The notes beneath the pieces are model-generated. The model did no database searches, was not told the origin of the DNA, and saw only the letters and a program-made list of their open reading frames with translations. This document shows positions 37,483 to 51,920 of a stretch of 64,000 bases of DNA, piece after piece; position 1 is the first letter of the stretch; each line of letters starts with the position of its first letter. The stretch comes from Octopus bimaculoides (Eukaryota). A program made the translations under genes and the position numbers. Where the stretch lies: the NCBI RefSeq assembly GCF_001194135.2, contig NC_068992.1, forward strand, positions 6,942,549-7,006,548, given 5' to 3'.

Positions 37483-39070
37483 TAGCCACTCCTGCAGGTA
37501 TTTTGAAAATACGTCGCAGTGATAAAAGTGCCCTGCATAGTTACAGGCTGCTCCCTGGCAAAGCATAACACACATTCAGCCACTCTGCCAGGGTACAGCA
37601 AAGTCATGGAACTACAGCACAGGGGATTGTGAACAGGAAGCGGAAGAGGAGTCTTAGAAGATGAAGGATCAGGATCACAAGATCTATCAAGAGAGTAGCT
37701 GCAACACATCCATAGGGATGGCATCCATGGTTGTGTAATCAGCTGATAAAAGATTCATTATGACTCAAGCTTCCAATTCCAATTCATAATAATGGAATTG
37801 AATGGTGACATGGGAATCTGTGAAAGCAGAAAAAAGAATAGTATTTTTATATTTGTTTCATTAAGTGACTTTTATAAAATATTAATGGTTTTGATGTGCA
37901 TGTACATCTCATCAAGTATTAAAAATTTGAAGTCAAATATGAAATAAAAATTAAAAATTAGGAAGTAGAAATTAAGACAATTTGTTTTCATACTCTGTGT
38001 GTATTTAAGAATGTGTTTGATATTTTCTCTTAAAGTCTCTTCTTATATACTCAAAGTGAATAATGGAATGCTCATATTTTTATAATTTGTTGCAGTATAT
38101 TACTGAATATGGCATATAACCAGTTAAAATGTTACCGTCAGATTTGCACTCAGTATTGCATCTAGGCAATATTGACTTTTCAGACAGACTGGCCACATGC
38201 TAGTGTGTCCAAAAGGTTGTCAATATTACCTAGTTTAAATATTCAACATGAAACTAATGGTAACATTCTGATCAATTAAATGCTATAACCGGTAATGTAC
38301 CTCTAAATGATATTAGAACACTATGTTCTACTGAACATAATGACTGAACATAAAGATTGAGCAAGAGGGGTAAACGAAAGCAGATGTTCATGGACTAAAG
38401 CAGATTTTCAAATATTATTCTTTGATCAATATTCAACATTTGAAATTTGGGATTTGAACTTGAACAGGTCAAATCAATAGACTTGATAGTGACAGTGGTA
38501 GCATACTTGTTATAGGAAAGCCAAGAAATTCCAATTAATTTAAATTACACTCTTAGTGATGAGAACAAATCATTATTTAAATGACTAATTCTGCTCAAGA
38601 AAGACAAGGGAGAAAACCACCAAATTTTAATTAGTTGCAATCAATTAAATATGAAGTACAGTTGGCAACATGAACTTGATCTTTAGAAATATGATGACCT
38701 CTCTGTACCTTTGTTTGTCTTTCAAAACTTCATCAGCAAACCTTGATCTTACCATAACTACAAAATCTTAGAATGGCTAAAGAAATATAGATTTTTCATG
38801 GACAAACTCTCAGTGGTCATTAAAATCAATTGATTACTGCTTTGCCATTCAACAGGATGATAGCTCATACTCATGAACCATTAGCCTGTAAGTTGGTTCT
38901 AGACCTGCTTAGTTTCCTTTGCAAGAGACCTTATTATCTCACAGTAAATAGATCCTATGCAAAAATGCATTTCCCTGCAGTAGATAGAAGTTGTAATGCA
39001 TTACTGCATTACTGACAAGCATTTTACAACATGCAGAACTAAGCTATCGAAGCCATTGAAGAAGACACAG

Positions 39071-39122
<52 letters not shown>

Positions 39123-39624
39123 TTCTCAGAAGTTAATTTGGCTAATTAATCATTGATGAATTCCTATGATTAGGAGATTAGGAAACATTGATGAATTAGA
39201 TGTGTTTATCATGTTTACTTGAGATAAAGGAAAATATTAATTGATTGATTCATAATATTGGCTGTCTGCTAATTTTGATACTTGAAGAAGTTTCACACAG
39301 CAGTAGTTGACACTTTCATGCGGATGTTCATTGAATAGAAGACATACAGCAGGTGGATGGTAGGGTTGGTAGGGGGTCATACAAAATACCTTGTTTTATT
39401 TAGTAGCATCACTTTCATTTCATGTCCAAAGTCTCTCCAGATCCATTTTGTCTTTTATCATTCTGAGACCAATAAAATAAGTAACAACCAATAAAAGTCA
39501 GTATTGTGGTTGATGTACAAACTATATTATTGAAGATGCTACCCTCGTATTGCCACAATTAAATGACTGCTATTAATTTATATTTGATTTACCTTTACAA
39601 CAGAACGCTCAAGATATCTAAAAT

Positions 39625-39815
39625 ATGACCAAGAGTTTCAATAAGACTTTTGCAACAATCTACAAACTCTTGGCCAGCGTTACTCCAGTTGTGACCATCC
39701 CACCTATTTAGAACTGTCTGGAATTGTATTATCCAATATTTCATTTCCTTTTTTAAGTTGATGTGATTTGATGACAATTTTGGTGCTATTTCTAGCAAGT
39801 CAGGTAGCCACAAAG
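39625..39815 (-). mobile_element. family D copy
   Basis: ttactccagttgtgaccatccc...gatttgatgacaattttggtgctatttctagcaagtc. Confidence 0.6.
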
Positions 39816-40137
39816 AAGCTGTGTTATTGATTTATGACCCCTTTGCATATCCAGCAAAAGTATTGGTGATAATAGAATAAAACAGAGGAATGGGAATACA
39901 CAGATAATGTATTCCACTGCAAAGGGGAGGAGGAGGAGATATTGATGCTTCAGACAATTTATCTTCTATAATAACAGATAAAAGGAGAAGAGGGCGGGAA
40001 ATTAAATGAAAGGTCTTTGTGTGCATGACAATACCTGATAGGGAGTAAGCAAAGGTTAGTAGTATTCAGCAGAGAAGAGCAGGCAAAATAGAAGGTACAC
40101 ACTAGACATACACTGAATGGGCTAAACTTGAGAGAAG

Positions 40138-40182
<45 letters not shown>

Positions 40183-41289
40183 TATAGAATTAGATGTGTA
40201 AGAGGTGTTGGGTGACTGCAATAATGATATTTGAAGACTGATGTGACTTGACAGAAAAAATTAAGGTGTAATTAATGCTTGAGTGAGGCATAATAATATG
40301 TGGGTAGCAGGAAGAGTGTATTACATGTTCATAGGTATGGGTAGATGAGTAACAATGGGGTGAAAGAAAGTGTATGTGTGCATGTTTTTGGTGTATTGAA
40401 TGAAGGTTGAAGAAAGTGAGTTGGTTTTTGGTAGCAGATGGAGAGGCTGTTTCTAAGCCAAAGATTAACAGCAAAGGTGATAAATTGGAATGTTGTAGTG
40501 TTGTACCAGACAACAAAAAGTAAGATGAAGGTGGGGTCCTGCAGAACTGAAATAGCATTTGAAAGGTTTGGGAGATTCAATACTATTTCATTGGAAAGCT
40601 AGCGAATCCTCTCTAAAACAATTAGTGAGTCTCTAACCAGTTTCCTCTTTATAAACCAAAGAATTAGCATTTGATATTGTAAATGACATTTTAAAATTTC
40701 TTTGGGGTACAAGTGAAATAGGCCATGACATAAAAAGAGGTCTTACAACTGTGTTTGATGGTGATGTTCTGAACAAAGGAACAAGTGTTTCAAAAACAGT
40801 GGGAGCAAGCAGAGGGTTCTGGTTGGATGTAACAATGGTTGAAGAAACTGAATACAAGAAGGCTGCCAGGGTCTTATAGATTGATATTCCATCAACTTGG
40901 TTTTGATGTAACTCTGTTTATGCTTATATAAAATATTAAACACAAGAATATCAGAAGAATTATTTAATGTTTGGCATCAGGGGAAATCATTTTGTCTTTA
41001 AAGCGTATCAGAAATGTTTCACTGTTGTGATGATGTTCTTAATCAGATTAATTATCAGCATGTAGGTCATTAGGAGAGATTTGTTGATTTAATCAACCAA
41101 TTTACAAATAAATGATAAATTGAAAATAGATTTCTGATTGAGAAAGATAAAATGTTTAAGAACAGGTTTTTTTTCTTCTTTTGACTTTATATTTCAAGAT
41201 GTAATCATACCATAATTTCTTTGACACTGGCAATAAAATTTGAAGACAGGACTCTATTAACTGATTTTAAATGAGAAGATTTCACTAAT

Positions 41290-41450
41290 TCAGACTCTCA
41301 GGAATCGTGTGGCCCTTTGATCTGCTGAAAACAACTGCCAAATTTCCCATGAATCACAGCCTATCATATCTGAAGAAAAAGAAAAGCAAGATGTTCATAG
41401 CTGGAAAGCTTTTGATCATAGGCCTACTAAATCAGGGCCAACCTGGGGAG
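41290..41450 (+). mobile_element. family D copy (sense)
   Basis: gatctgctgaaaacaactgccaaattt...gctggaaagcttttgatcataggcctact...ccaacctgggg. Confidence 0.6.
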
Positions 41451-41519
41451 CCAGTGTTATAGGACAATTATTTCTTAACCAGAAAATAAGATAGAAGTCT
41501 ATATTTCTTTATCTTCATT

Positions 41520-42575
41520 TACTATCTTGCACAAAATAAAGAGAACCACAAAAGAAATGTCACACACATAGAAATAGAAACTGGTTTATTAACAGACTGC
41601 CATAGCATTGATTAAAGTGTGTTAATTAAGAAACCACTCTTTCTTAATGATAAAATGTCATTTCTTGAAACATGTTTGACATCACATGATATCACATGAC
41701 AAAGGAGTGTCCTGGATCCAAAGAGATGAACTCAGTATCTTGTGTGACCACCATTAGCATTGATTACCACCAGGCATCTTCTGTATATTGAATGCACCAA
41801 AAGACTGATTAAGGCCATGAGGATAGTAGCCCACATTCTGTTAAAACTTGCAGTGAGTTGTGATGCAGTTGTCGGATTTGGGTGGATGTCATTTAGCCTT
41901 CTTTGGATTTCATCCCATTGGTGCTCTATGGTGTTCAAGTTCGAGCATAAGACGGGCCATGGCAGTGTCTGGATATTGTGCTGTTGGAGGAAGTCTATTG
42001 TCAATCTGGTAGTATGAGCACAGGTGTTGTCATGTTGGAACATGTGATTCCAATGTCAGGCAAAGTATGACACAATGTGAGGCCTCAACACTTGGTCGAT
42101 GTAGCAAGCAGTGATTACTCCATTGCCCCAGCTTTGGCCGATGTTTTGGAAGACCACCAGTCCAAGTTTCTAGTTGAGTGCAATCCTGCCCCATACCATG
42201 ATGCTCTGTCCTCCCTGTGAGTCTCTCTCCACCACACAGCCATGGGCATGACGTTCGCTCTTTCTTCTCTAAACCCTAGCTCTGCCATCTGCCACAGAAA
42301 TATAATATCGATCTTTATCAGAGAAGACTACAGTCCTCCACTGCTGATATTACCAGTTCTGACGTTTTTGAGCCCACTGCAGATGTGCCCATCGATGACA
42401 ATCGATGAGGATGGGGCCCCTAGCCAGTTGTCGACAAGACAGATTGAAAGATCTTAGCTGGCAGCAAACTGTCTCTGCACAAATTTGCCTCAGTAACTTT
42501 TGTCCAGCCCATAAACATGGAAAAGTAAACATTAAAACAATAATGATTGTGTTCCTTGTTTCTGAGGAGTGTGTA
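41520..42575 (-). mobile_element. Tc1-family transposon remnant with N-terminally deleted transposase pseudogene (~42490->41732)
   Basis: - strand: RGPILIDCHRWAHLQWAQ..W..VVFSDKDR, FQHDNTCAH, LPWPVLCSNLNTIEHQWDEI, NANGGHTRY* (DD34E Tc1 motifs with stops and frameshifts); weak TIR-like ends aaaataaagagaacc / gttccttgtttctgaggagtgtgta. Confidence 0.9.
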
Positions 42576-44799
42576 TAGCTAAGATCCCCTCTATTTTATC
42601 TCTTTTATACACCATACATCTATACATCTCAACTATTTCTTCAGTTATACTTTTTATTGTGCCAATATTATTAGTGTCAACACCTGAGGTGATGTACTTG
42701 CCAGGATGGCTGGCAGATTCTTTGATGTCTGTTTTCTGCATTGAAAAGAGAGCTGATGCAATCATTTGATGATGGTAGAGGAGTTCTCACACATGACCAG
42801 ATATTTCCACCTGACGTCTCCACCCCACTTCATGCATCCACATATACTGCTAACATGACATGTGTCAGTCCTGGGTACATAATTATGGCATTTCGTTGTC
42901 TTCGTGACTGTCATGGTTTTGGCACAGCATTATTGGCTGGATGTCCTTCTGATCACCATCCACTTTATTGTATGCATTTGGCACCTTTGCATCATTTGCA
43001 CAAAAGGGGCCATATTCAGAATTGCTGCTATCTTAGTTGGGTTTCCCTCACTGCAGCTTCCAGAGTTCAAATCTCTTCTGTGCAGCTAGTCCAGTATCCT
43101 TTCCATAAACTTTTGTATTTGTTTGGATTCCCATTTTCCTAAATGTGTAACCTTCACTATCACTGCAAAGATATCTCTCTATGCAAGGAGGGAGTGTGAT
43201 CCTAGATATTTTAATTCGCTTTCACTCTGTTAAGATGTCTCCATTGAAGAGAGTGGTCAGTAAGGGAGGTGGCAAGTTGTAATGAAGCTGAATCCTTGTT
43301 ATTAGGCAGAAGAGGCATTAGAATTGGAAATTGTGGAGCTGAGTAAGTGGGAGGGATTGAATAAAACAATGAAGAAAGCTGAAATATTATCAGTTTTAAA
43401 TATCAAGTAAGATTTACTTAAAATTGTTTTCCTAATTGAATTCAGAGAGACTTATTTATATGTTAAAGATATTTACATAAATATGTAAATAATACATAAT
43501 ACAATAGATATTAACAAAAGAAATTATGGAAAACAGTCTTATACGAAATTATACCAACTAAAATAATTGAAAATCAGACAAGTGAAATGGAATATCAGTG
43601 ACCCAGTCTTAAAAGTTTGACAATGGACATTCATACTCAATATCATATGCTGCTGGAAATAATTAATTTTAACATAAGCACATAGTCACACACATTTGAG
43701 GAAAAGTTGTGGTTGATTATATCAACTACAGTATTGCTATCCAGTCAACTAGAGATCTTTTATGCAGTCTACCTGTTAGATATAGCAACAAATTACCCTC
43801 AATTAACACCCTACCATCTTAAAAAAAACAAAAAAAAACAGATAGAGATATTGGACAATCAATTGCAGCATAGAAGATGCATGCTAGCCATTAAAAAACT
43901 TAAAACAATTAATAAATGTTTAAGTGAAGTTAATGACCTTTGTACATATTTAAATGGCTAACATGTGTCTTTTGTGTTGCAATTGTTTTAGTTTCAACAC
44001 CCAGTCTCAGATCAAATTGCTTCTCTGGCAACTATACCATTGAAATATTAGACGATGCAGTCAGAGATCTATAAAAAGATGGATCATAGTTGAAATATCA
44101 TTGATAACTCAATTGAAGTAGATAACAACAGCACTTATTGACACCCAGAAAGATTAGAGAGAGAGTTTACCTTGGTAAATCTGAAGATATAAAATTCTGT
44201 AATTCAATACTATAAAGCATTTTATCTGCCAGTTTGTTAATTCTGTCATTGTTCCTCTGAAGGTTAGAATTAGATGAAATAAAGTAACTGTGGATGTAGC
44301 TTTTAAAGGGTCAGAATGACTTTATCATGATGCAACTCTCTATAAAATATTGTCCCTTTATCTATTAAGAAAGTGACTTTAAAATCAAACTACAGGTATA
44401 ATTTCATGGAAGAATGTAGAATTTGGGGAAACTTGTAATGGCCAGCATCAGTAAAAATTAGTCAGTAGCAGAGTTTATAGGAGAGTTTGTTATGTTCAGA
44501 TTCTGTAAGGAGGGAAGAGACTAAAGTTTCAGGCTTTTTCTGTTGTCAAAGAGGAGGGTGCAGAGAGAGATGCTATTATCACTTATGCTGTAGGCAAGTA
44601 TTTTAACAGCTTCATGGAACTCTCATGTGTGAACTCTTCTAGTATAATCTATACTTTGTAGAATGAAGATATCTCATCAATATAATTGCTTTTGTCATTC
44701 CTCATTTGTTCACATAACATAGCAATTCTATTGTTATATTAAAATAGTGTTTTAAGAAATTTTATTTCTATGGAATTCTTGAAAGCTTACATTATTGTT

Positions 44800-45345
44800 A
44801 TTTAGTTCCAGTCCAACTGTTTTTGAACAAACAAACTTCTGGTCAACAGCAGTCTAACTAAGGCTAACCTTTCATTTGGGGGATATCTAGGACTACCTAT
44901 TCAATTTTTTCCTTCGTTTAACGTTTAAAAGAGATTCGATTACTGTTTCTAGCTGGTCAATGTGACCACATAATTTCCCGACTCAACATATTTCTGCCAT
45001 CATTGATTTGCATTTCCTCTGTGAATTATGAACAATTATATATGTTAGGTATAGCTTGGTCAGAGGAGAAAGAACAGCCTTTGTGACCCTATTCAGGGTT
45101 TTCTTTATGGGCACATTTCTAAGTTCAAAATCTTCTATAAAATTGGTTTTGCTGTGTTGCCCCCAAGTAAGCCCCGATTAAGCAGACATATGAGAAAAAA
45201 AACATTCCAGAAGTAACCATCCCATGCTTTTGTTTTTCTCTCAAGCATATTTCATCTAGGACTGCATTATCCAAAGTGTCCTCCACTTTTCTGAAAGAGC
45301 ACGATGGGATTTGGTTGCTATTTCTTGTAAGTTGAGCACACATAT
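44800..45345 (-). mobile_element. two family D copies
   Basis: ctgtttctagctggtcaatgtgaccac; ccagaagtaaccatccc...gatttggttgctatttcttgtaagttgagc. Confidence 0.6.
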
Positions 45346-46121
45346 TGTAGCTCTCTCTTTGGGGAAAATTAATACCATAACACTCCCAGAAACCCTTAAT
45401 TATCATAGTCTTTATGCCTTATGAAATGAGAACTGACAAAAATATTTGGTTAGCCATGTATTTAAATATAGCTAAAAACGATAGCTGATTTATCTTTAGC
45501 TAGAAACTATTATTACTGTAATTATATTAAAAAGAATGTCTTTAATACAAGGAGACTTCTGGCTTAATTTGTGGCTTGTATTTCCAAACAAGTTTGTAAT
45601 CAGAAGTTTTCAAAATGTGTTGATAATATTTCTTTCAATCAAAGCTCTTACAGAAAAGCATAGTTCTAGAATCTTTGGTTAGTTTTGGAGATTTAATTAT
45701 GTGAAATTGTTTTGATATAAGAGTTAACGGTTTGTTCCTACATTAATTGGATTTAATTCAAATGGAATTATAAAATTGTTTTGTAAGGGGAAAATGTTAA
45801 AAGGTAATGTTTTGAATGCTAAAATTTCTACATTGAATCTAGAAATCATTATTAGAAAAGGGGTGTAAGGAAAGGGTTTGTGTAATAGCTATTGGAAACA
45901 ACCAAGCAGTTGTGAGCTATAATAAAACAGCAAATAATTAAATCAAATATAAATATAACAATTGAATTATTCTGTTATTAAATTTCCTTGACTAGTAATA
46001 GTAGTATTGCTGGATAAACAAACATGTTGATACTGCATCTATATAAGCAATAACCGTTTCTGATATATAACATTAGTTTTGAATAATATTTGAGAGCCTG
46101 GGATCAAAGTGTTTGTGGAAA

Positions 46122-46153
<32 letters not shown>

Positions 46154-48769
46154 TGTTAAATAAATAAATGATAAAGTTAATCAATAAGGAACATTTTTAT
46201 CAGTTATCATCTGCCTGTTTTGTTATATCATATATTTCTTAGTAACAGACTTTCAGAAACATCAGCTTCAATTAAAACAACCAATTAAATTACTGCTCTA
46301 GATATCAATACATATTCACAATGAAATGGTTTTGCATTATGTAAAGAGCTGAAATGTTTAATATGGTTAACAAATCGACCTATTACAATACTAAGAAATC
46401 AGAAAAACTGAACCAAATTTAAATTCCTGTAGCTGTGTTTATTCCTATCACTCCTTACCAAATTCATATAAATTATTTCATATTCTTATCATCAATGTCA
46501 TACTCATATCACTCGTCCCTTTTTAGAGTATTTTATATCACCCATACTATACTAAATATCATTCATATGATATTCATATAGCTCTTGCCCTCCTATTCAC
46601 ATTGCTCTTAATTTTAACCCAAGGCTTAAGTGATATCCAAATCACTTAAACCTAAGGTTACTCCTGATTAAACAGAACAATGGTCAAATGTGTTCCAACT
46701 GAGGTAAATACATATTGGAATGTATTTGTTGTAAACTGAGAGCTATTAGTCAGTTGTGGAGTTAAGTAATGCAGTTAATTGCCTGAAAAATAACGTTTTT
46801 GCTTCCAGAAGGGAAATTCAGTAAATCCCCTTTGATGGAAGAGGTAAAGGACATAAATCTATGAATAGAGTTTTTTGTTTTTTGTTTTTTTGTTATTTAA
46901 ACTAATAGGAAGAGTGATGATTTGTATCATTGAAATGGAGTAACCACGATTAATACTGATTGATAGAGTGGAGTGATTCAAAGAGATGATCAATACTTAG
47001 TTGAACCAGAGTTGGATTGTAAAATTGATAATGCATCATTAGTACAGATGGATATAGTATAATTAATGAGCATGGAAGATTAAGAATCAGGTAATTAGTT
47101 CTCAGTGTAACTGGTAAGGAAGTTTAGCTAGGTTTATATACTTCCATACTTTACTGTTCTCACATGCAATTGCCTATTTTTTAATATGATGGTTAAAAGC
47201 TTTATGTCACTTGTGTGTCATATACAAAAATAACATTATCATTTAATCTGGCTTTATTTAAGCTATATAAGTTATTTCCAAGACAGGAATAAGATTCTAG
47301 GTATTGTCATGGAGAATAAGCATTCTGTTACATAGCTGATCTAATTAGTTCTGGAAATGATTACAAAGGAAGGATTATAGCAAACATAAGGAACATGCAG
47401 AAGAGTTAAGGTAGCTATTACCTTTATTGGTTTCTCATTGCATGCAAAAGGCAGGTGGTATGAAATCTGCAGGGAATGTGAGGCTGAATGTTTGAGAAGT
47501 GTGCAATAGATGCAGAAAATTTGAATATAAACCATAATTTGAGGTTTTGTGCTTTTACCTGACATCTCAAGTCATAATGGTATATTTTTGTTGTTATAAA
47601 AAGTAATATATCTGAAATAATGAAGCTTAATGACATTTTAAAATTAACCTTAGCTCTTAATATTTTATTTTGTTCCATTTCTTCTCTACTCTGCAATTCT
47701 GATTTTGTGAATGTGTGTGTGTGTGTATAGATACATGCACACACAGATACACATATTTTATTTTTCTTCTTTGCATTTCCTTATCTGCATGTCTAAATCC
47801 AGTTTCTAATATTAATCTACTCCTTCCTCCCCAAACCCACCACACACCCCACTCTCATCCCACTCCATCATTGTACTTATGTATTTCCTTTGCAACTTTA
47901 TAGCTCTAAGTTTAGCATTGCCCAAAAGAGTTAGCTGCACCAAGAAAGTCTCTGACATGTATCAGAGTTATCGGTGAACTGAAGCATAAAGCAGTTGTCA
48001 ATGTGATTACTTCTATAAATTACTTCAGCTATGATAGAATCATTTGACATCAGATAATATGTTTTCAGTACCAGCTTTATCATAAAACCTGCTATATCTG
48101 TTTTATTTCATGATTTACTTTTATTTATTTTATCTTTCTTTCTGTTTATGTATTAATTCTATTTTAAAAATTATTTTTATTTAACTTCCTTGATATATAT
48201 ACCAACTGATTACTAATCTCATTAACATGTCATCTATAAGGATGTCAATCTTTATTTTATTGATCCAATCAGTTTTGATTAGCAATGAATATTATCACAT
48301 GTTTATTTAACCATTCTGACATAAAGTTCGGTTATCTTCCTTTTTATTCACAATTCCATCTCAGATATAGTTGACTTAGTCTGTTTTATGTTTTTTCATT
48401 AAAAGCTAATAATAATAAACAACAAACCCTAGCACCATGTAGTGCAAAAAGAAGGCAAAAAAGTGCCGACATATGTCATGTTTGTGCATTTGAATGCACA
48501 TGAACTTTTAGCTCAGTTTTCAGATTACAGATAAACTGATAATTTTAGATATAAAATAACAAGTTCACAATTCTGTGCATCAGTTTGGGTTATATGATAG
48601 CAACTGGGCCCAATTAAGCTCTAGTTTGAGAGAGAAGGGAACAACATCCCTCTTATATAGCACCAATATATGTATACATGTGTGTGTGTGTGTGTGTGTG
48701 TGTTTCTTCATATATATGATCAGAATTCATTTGCACTCTCAAGTAAATCCTTCTGCATTAGCAGCATAG

Positions 48770-48989
48770 TGTAGCAGGCTTTGTTTGTTGTTTCTCAAAT
48801 ACTCTTCCATGTTTCTTCTTCCACTGTTGATGCACTTCCATATGCTAATCAGGTCATGTCCACTTTTACACCTCTACATGTAGAGCTTGTGCATGTTCGC
48901 CTTAGGATGGATGGAGTTCACCATGTATTGTCATTGTCTTTCTGCTAGTGCAGTTGAGTTGGTTAATCTCCACTTGTGTCTGTTTCAGA
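48770..48989 (-). mobile_element. R4/Dong-clade non-LTR retrotransposon ORF fragment
   Basis: - strand: TSRKTMTIHGELHP(KANMHKLYM*RCKSGHDLISIWKCI..RRNMEEYL) after correcting a 4-bp duplication; matches the post-RT HPKADxDRLY..R..GGRGL motif of R4-type elements. Confidence 0.7.
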
Positions 48990-49057
48990 ATTATTATTAT
49001 TATTATTATTATTATTATNNNNNNNNNNTTATTATTATTATTATTATTATTATTATT
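48990..49057. repeat. (ATT)n with a 10-N gap at 49019-49028
   Basis: direct inspection. Confidence 0.97.
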
Positions 49058-49594
49058 GAGTGAGAGAACCATGCATATCATCAAAGTGACACTGGGGTAA
49101 AATATATGAAGCCCAATGTACCCATCATGACTACCCGTCTGATAAGGGTAGACCAAGCACATGCATCACAACCATATGTGTGCAACATAGTGATCTCATA
49201 TCAAAATAAACAGTGCATGACCTCGCAGGTGGGGCCGAGTTAAAATTTTCTTCAGGTCGAGTAGCCTATCCTGCTCAAAATGTCCCTGAATAAGGGTTGT
49301 TTAACGATGTTGAATGAAACACCCATGTTTCCAGAGGTGAATTATTCAAACCCCCAAAAATTCCTCTCAATACATGGCTATGATTCTCCCCTGCTACTTC
49401 TGCTTGTGATCAGAGCCACTAAGGGACATGCTCAACTGGTTAAGGTCAAGCAATTGACAAGCAGATCTGTAGTATTGAGCTGAATATTTGCTGTAGCCCA
49501 TCTTTTACACCAAGACAAAACATGTACATGGTAACACTGCCAATCAGTTAAGATCAGAAGCCATGAGAGCTAGTGCCTGGTACTGCATTGGGGC

Positions 49595-49596
<2 letters not shown>
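49058..49596. mobile_element. ~540-bp non-coding interspersed element embedded in (ATT)n
   Basis: complex, GC-richer sequence sharply bounded by (ATT)n on both sides (48990-49057 and 49597-49634); no ORF. Confidence 0.65.
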
Positions 49597-49638
<42 letters not shown>

Positions 49639-51854
49639 ATATACTATTGTGTACACCACAAAAACATTTTATTGCTACCAGTATATGTGTATAAGTATGT
49701 ATACACACATACAATAAATACTTCAACTGTACTTTTCTGCCTTCAATTAAACTTCCAGTGAGTCTTCATAATATCCACATTACTGTCAGACAAAGAGAGG
49801 TCAGAAATATGACACAAACAAATTCAGTCACATACCTTTCAGGAATGCAATTGCACCAACAAAAGGAAAGCATTCAACTTTCATCCCAGTTTCATGTTAA
49901 ACATATAGTTAATCACATTTTGGTTATTATTACACTGGCAATGAAGACATTCCATCTTTATTTTGTGACTATATTTCTAATAACATACACTGCCTGTGTT
50001 TTTCAATTAATTTTGAAAAATAATCAAGATTATGGAGATATTTTATAAAGAAATTAGTTTTCTATTAATATGATGTTGGGAACATAACTTTGGCTTCTTC
50101 AATAAAATTATGATGAAAGGTTTTAATTTAAAATGAACATGCTATAATGGCCAGTTTTCTATCATAGAACTGGATGCAATCTCTAAGAGAATAGTAACAA
50201 AGGGGTCAGTGTGCCATCTAGTTTGTCTTGCAGTTAGGATGAGGGTCATCTCTTTTGGCAATAGGTCAGATTATCTTCTTAATCTTCTCTCATCCACATA
50301 TTCTCCAGCTACTATGTACTGGCATACTGTATTATTTCTTATCAAGAGATTCATTGGTGTTTCTTTTCAAATAAGAGTCTTTGTTAAGGGGAATGAGCAT
50401 GAAAAATCAAATCAGTTTGGAAGGGGTGAAAGGCAGTCAAAGTATGAGAAAAATATTCTTAAATCACACCAGAATTTCCAAACTTTTCTGAATAAAATTA
50501 ATATTTATTTTCCTTCAATGACTGGTTTTGATTTTTTATTTAAATTGCATTATTTAATTTCTTGCATTTACTGAATAAGATGTCAATATGTGAATAAAGG
50601 TTTTTCTTATAAATTGATCCTCATACAATCATAAGAACTACATTCTAATATCATATATTGAACATACTTTCTTAATTCTAAATCTACAACTGAAAGCTTT
50701 CTTGCAAGCTGTGCTGCCTTTTCTAAGACCTCAAGTAGTTTATACACAAAGTTTATTTGTTCTAATACTTATATTGCACCTATCTATAGCATTGTTTATT
50801 AAGATCAACTTCCATCATACAACTTTCTTGAAATTGTCAGGAAATAAGATTAATGAGTTACTTGGACTATAGGAATTACAGCTAAAGGAAAATAGAATGT
50901 AGACTTTAGTTCAAGCATTTATCTCTTTCCAGGATTTTTGTTTACATTACTTTATTAGATTTTTCCATGACCCAAGTCTATTCTTTATGATAAGCTTTCT
51001 TAATTTTCAGATACAATATCTATAGTATGTTAATCTCTCAACACTTCAACCGATATTTGTAAGGGTTGCATTTACACAAGTAAGAAAGGTTGAATTCGCC
51101 ATAGGTCTTGGCTTGTTGATAAAATCTAATATTGCTTTGCTGCTTCGCATCAGAAGGAGAACAATTCAAATAAAGATAAACATGGCAGAAGACAGAGTGG
51201 TAGAGAAGATGGAAATATCTATATAAAAAGAAGAGTTTGGAGGAAGAGAGTGGAATAAACAAAGACAGAGAGTAGTAAGAAAGTGACTGCGGGGAAAATA
51301 AAAAGAAAGAAAATAGAAATAAAAAAAAAAGAACTTCAAGTATGTCAAGTGAGAGAGATGGATGATGAGAGCAAGGGCAAATGTTGAAAGAAATAATATT
51401 TAGTAAAGAAAATGAAATACTTATGAAAGTGTTGTTCTGTTTAAAGAAACACATTCAGTAGTGAAACAAATTCTAGTTACAAGTGAAGCGAAATAAATGT
51501 GGAGAAACACTTAAAAAGAGAGGCTGTAAAGGAAAGTAGAATATTAAATCTTCTAAACTAATAAGTTTATAAGAAATGTAGGTTTTCTTAAATATCCTTT
51601 TATCCTCAAAAAGTTTTGCTCTTTGTATGATTCTTCCTAACTCTCCAATGTAACTTGTAAACATTAATTTAAAAGAAAGCCATAAGTTTTCGATTGGCTT
51701 AAACTAATTTTTTTTTCACTTAGAATAATATGACTTGAACATTTTCCTACAAATTTCCTGTGTAGTATTTGATGCATAGATTATGAAACTACTCATCCAT
51801 CTATCTGTCTGTCTGTGTGTCTGTTTGATTGATTGTATGTCTACCTGTCTTTCC

Positions 51855-51920
51855 ATCTATTTACCTGTCCATCCATCTAGCTGCCATCTATTTACCTGTC
51901 CATCCATCTAGCTGCCATCC
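51855..51920. repeat. 31-bp tandem duplication within a (TCTA)/(CCAT) tract
   Basis: ccatctatttacctgtccatccatctagctg twice. Confidence 0.85.

Noticed and set aside
45125-45406. 93-aa ORF with natural-looking composition
   Set aside because: It overlaps a family D repeat copy.
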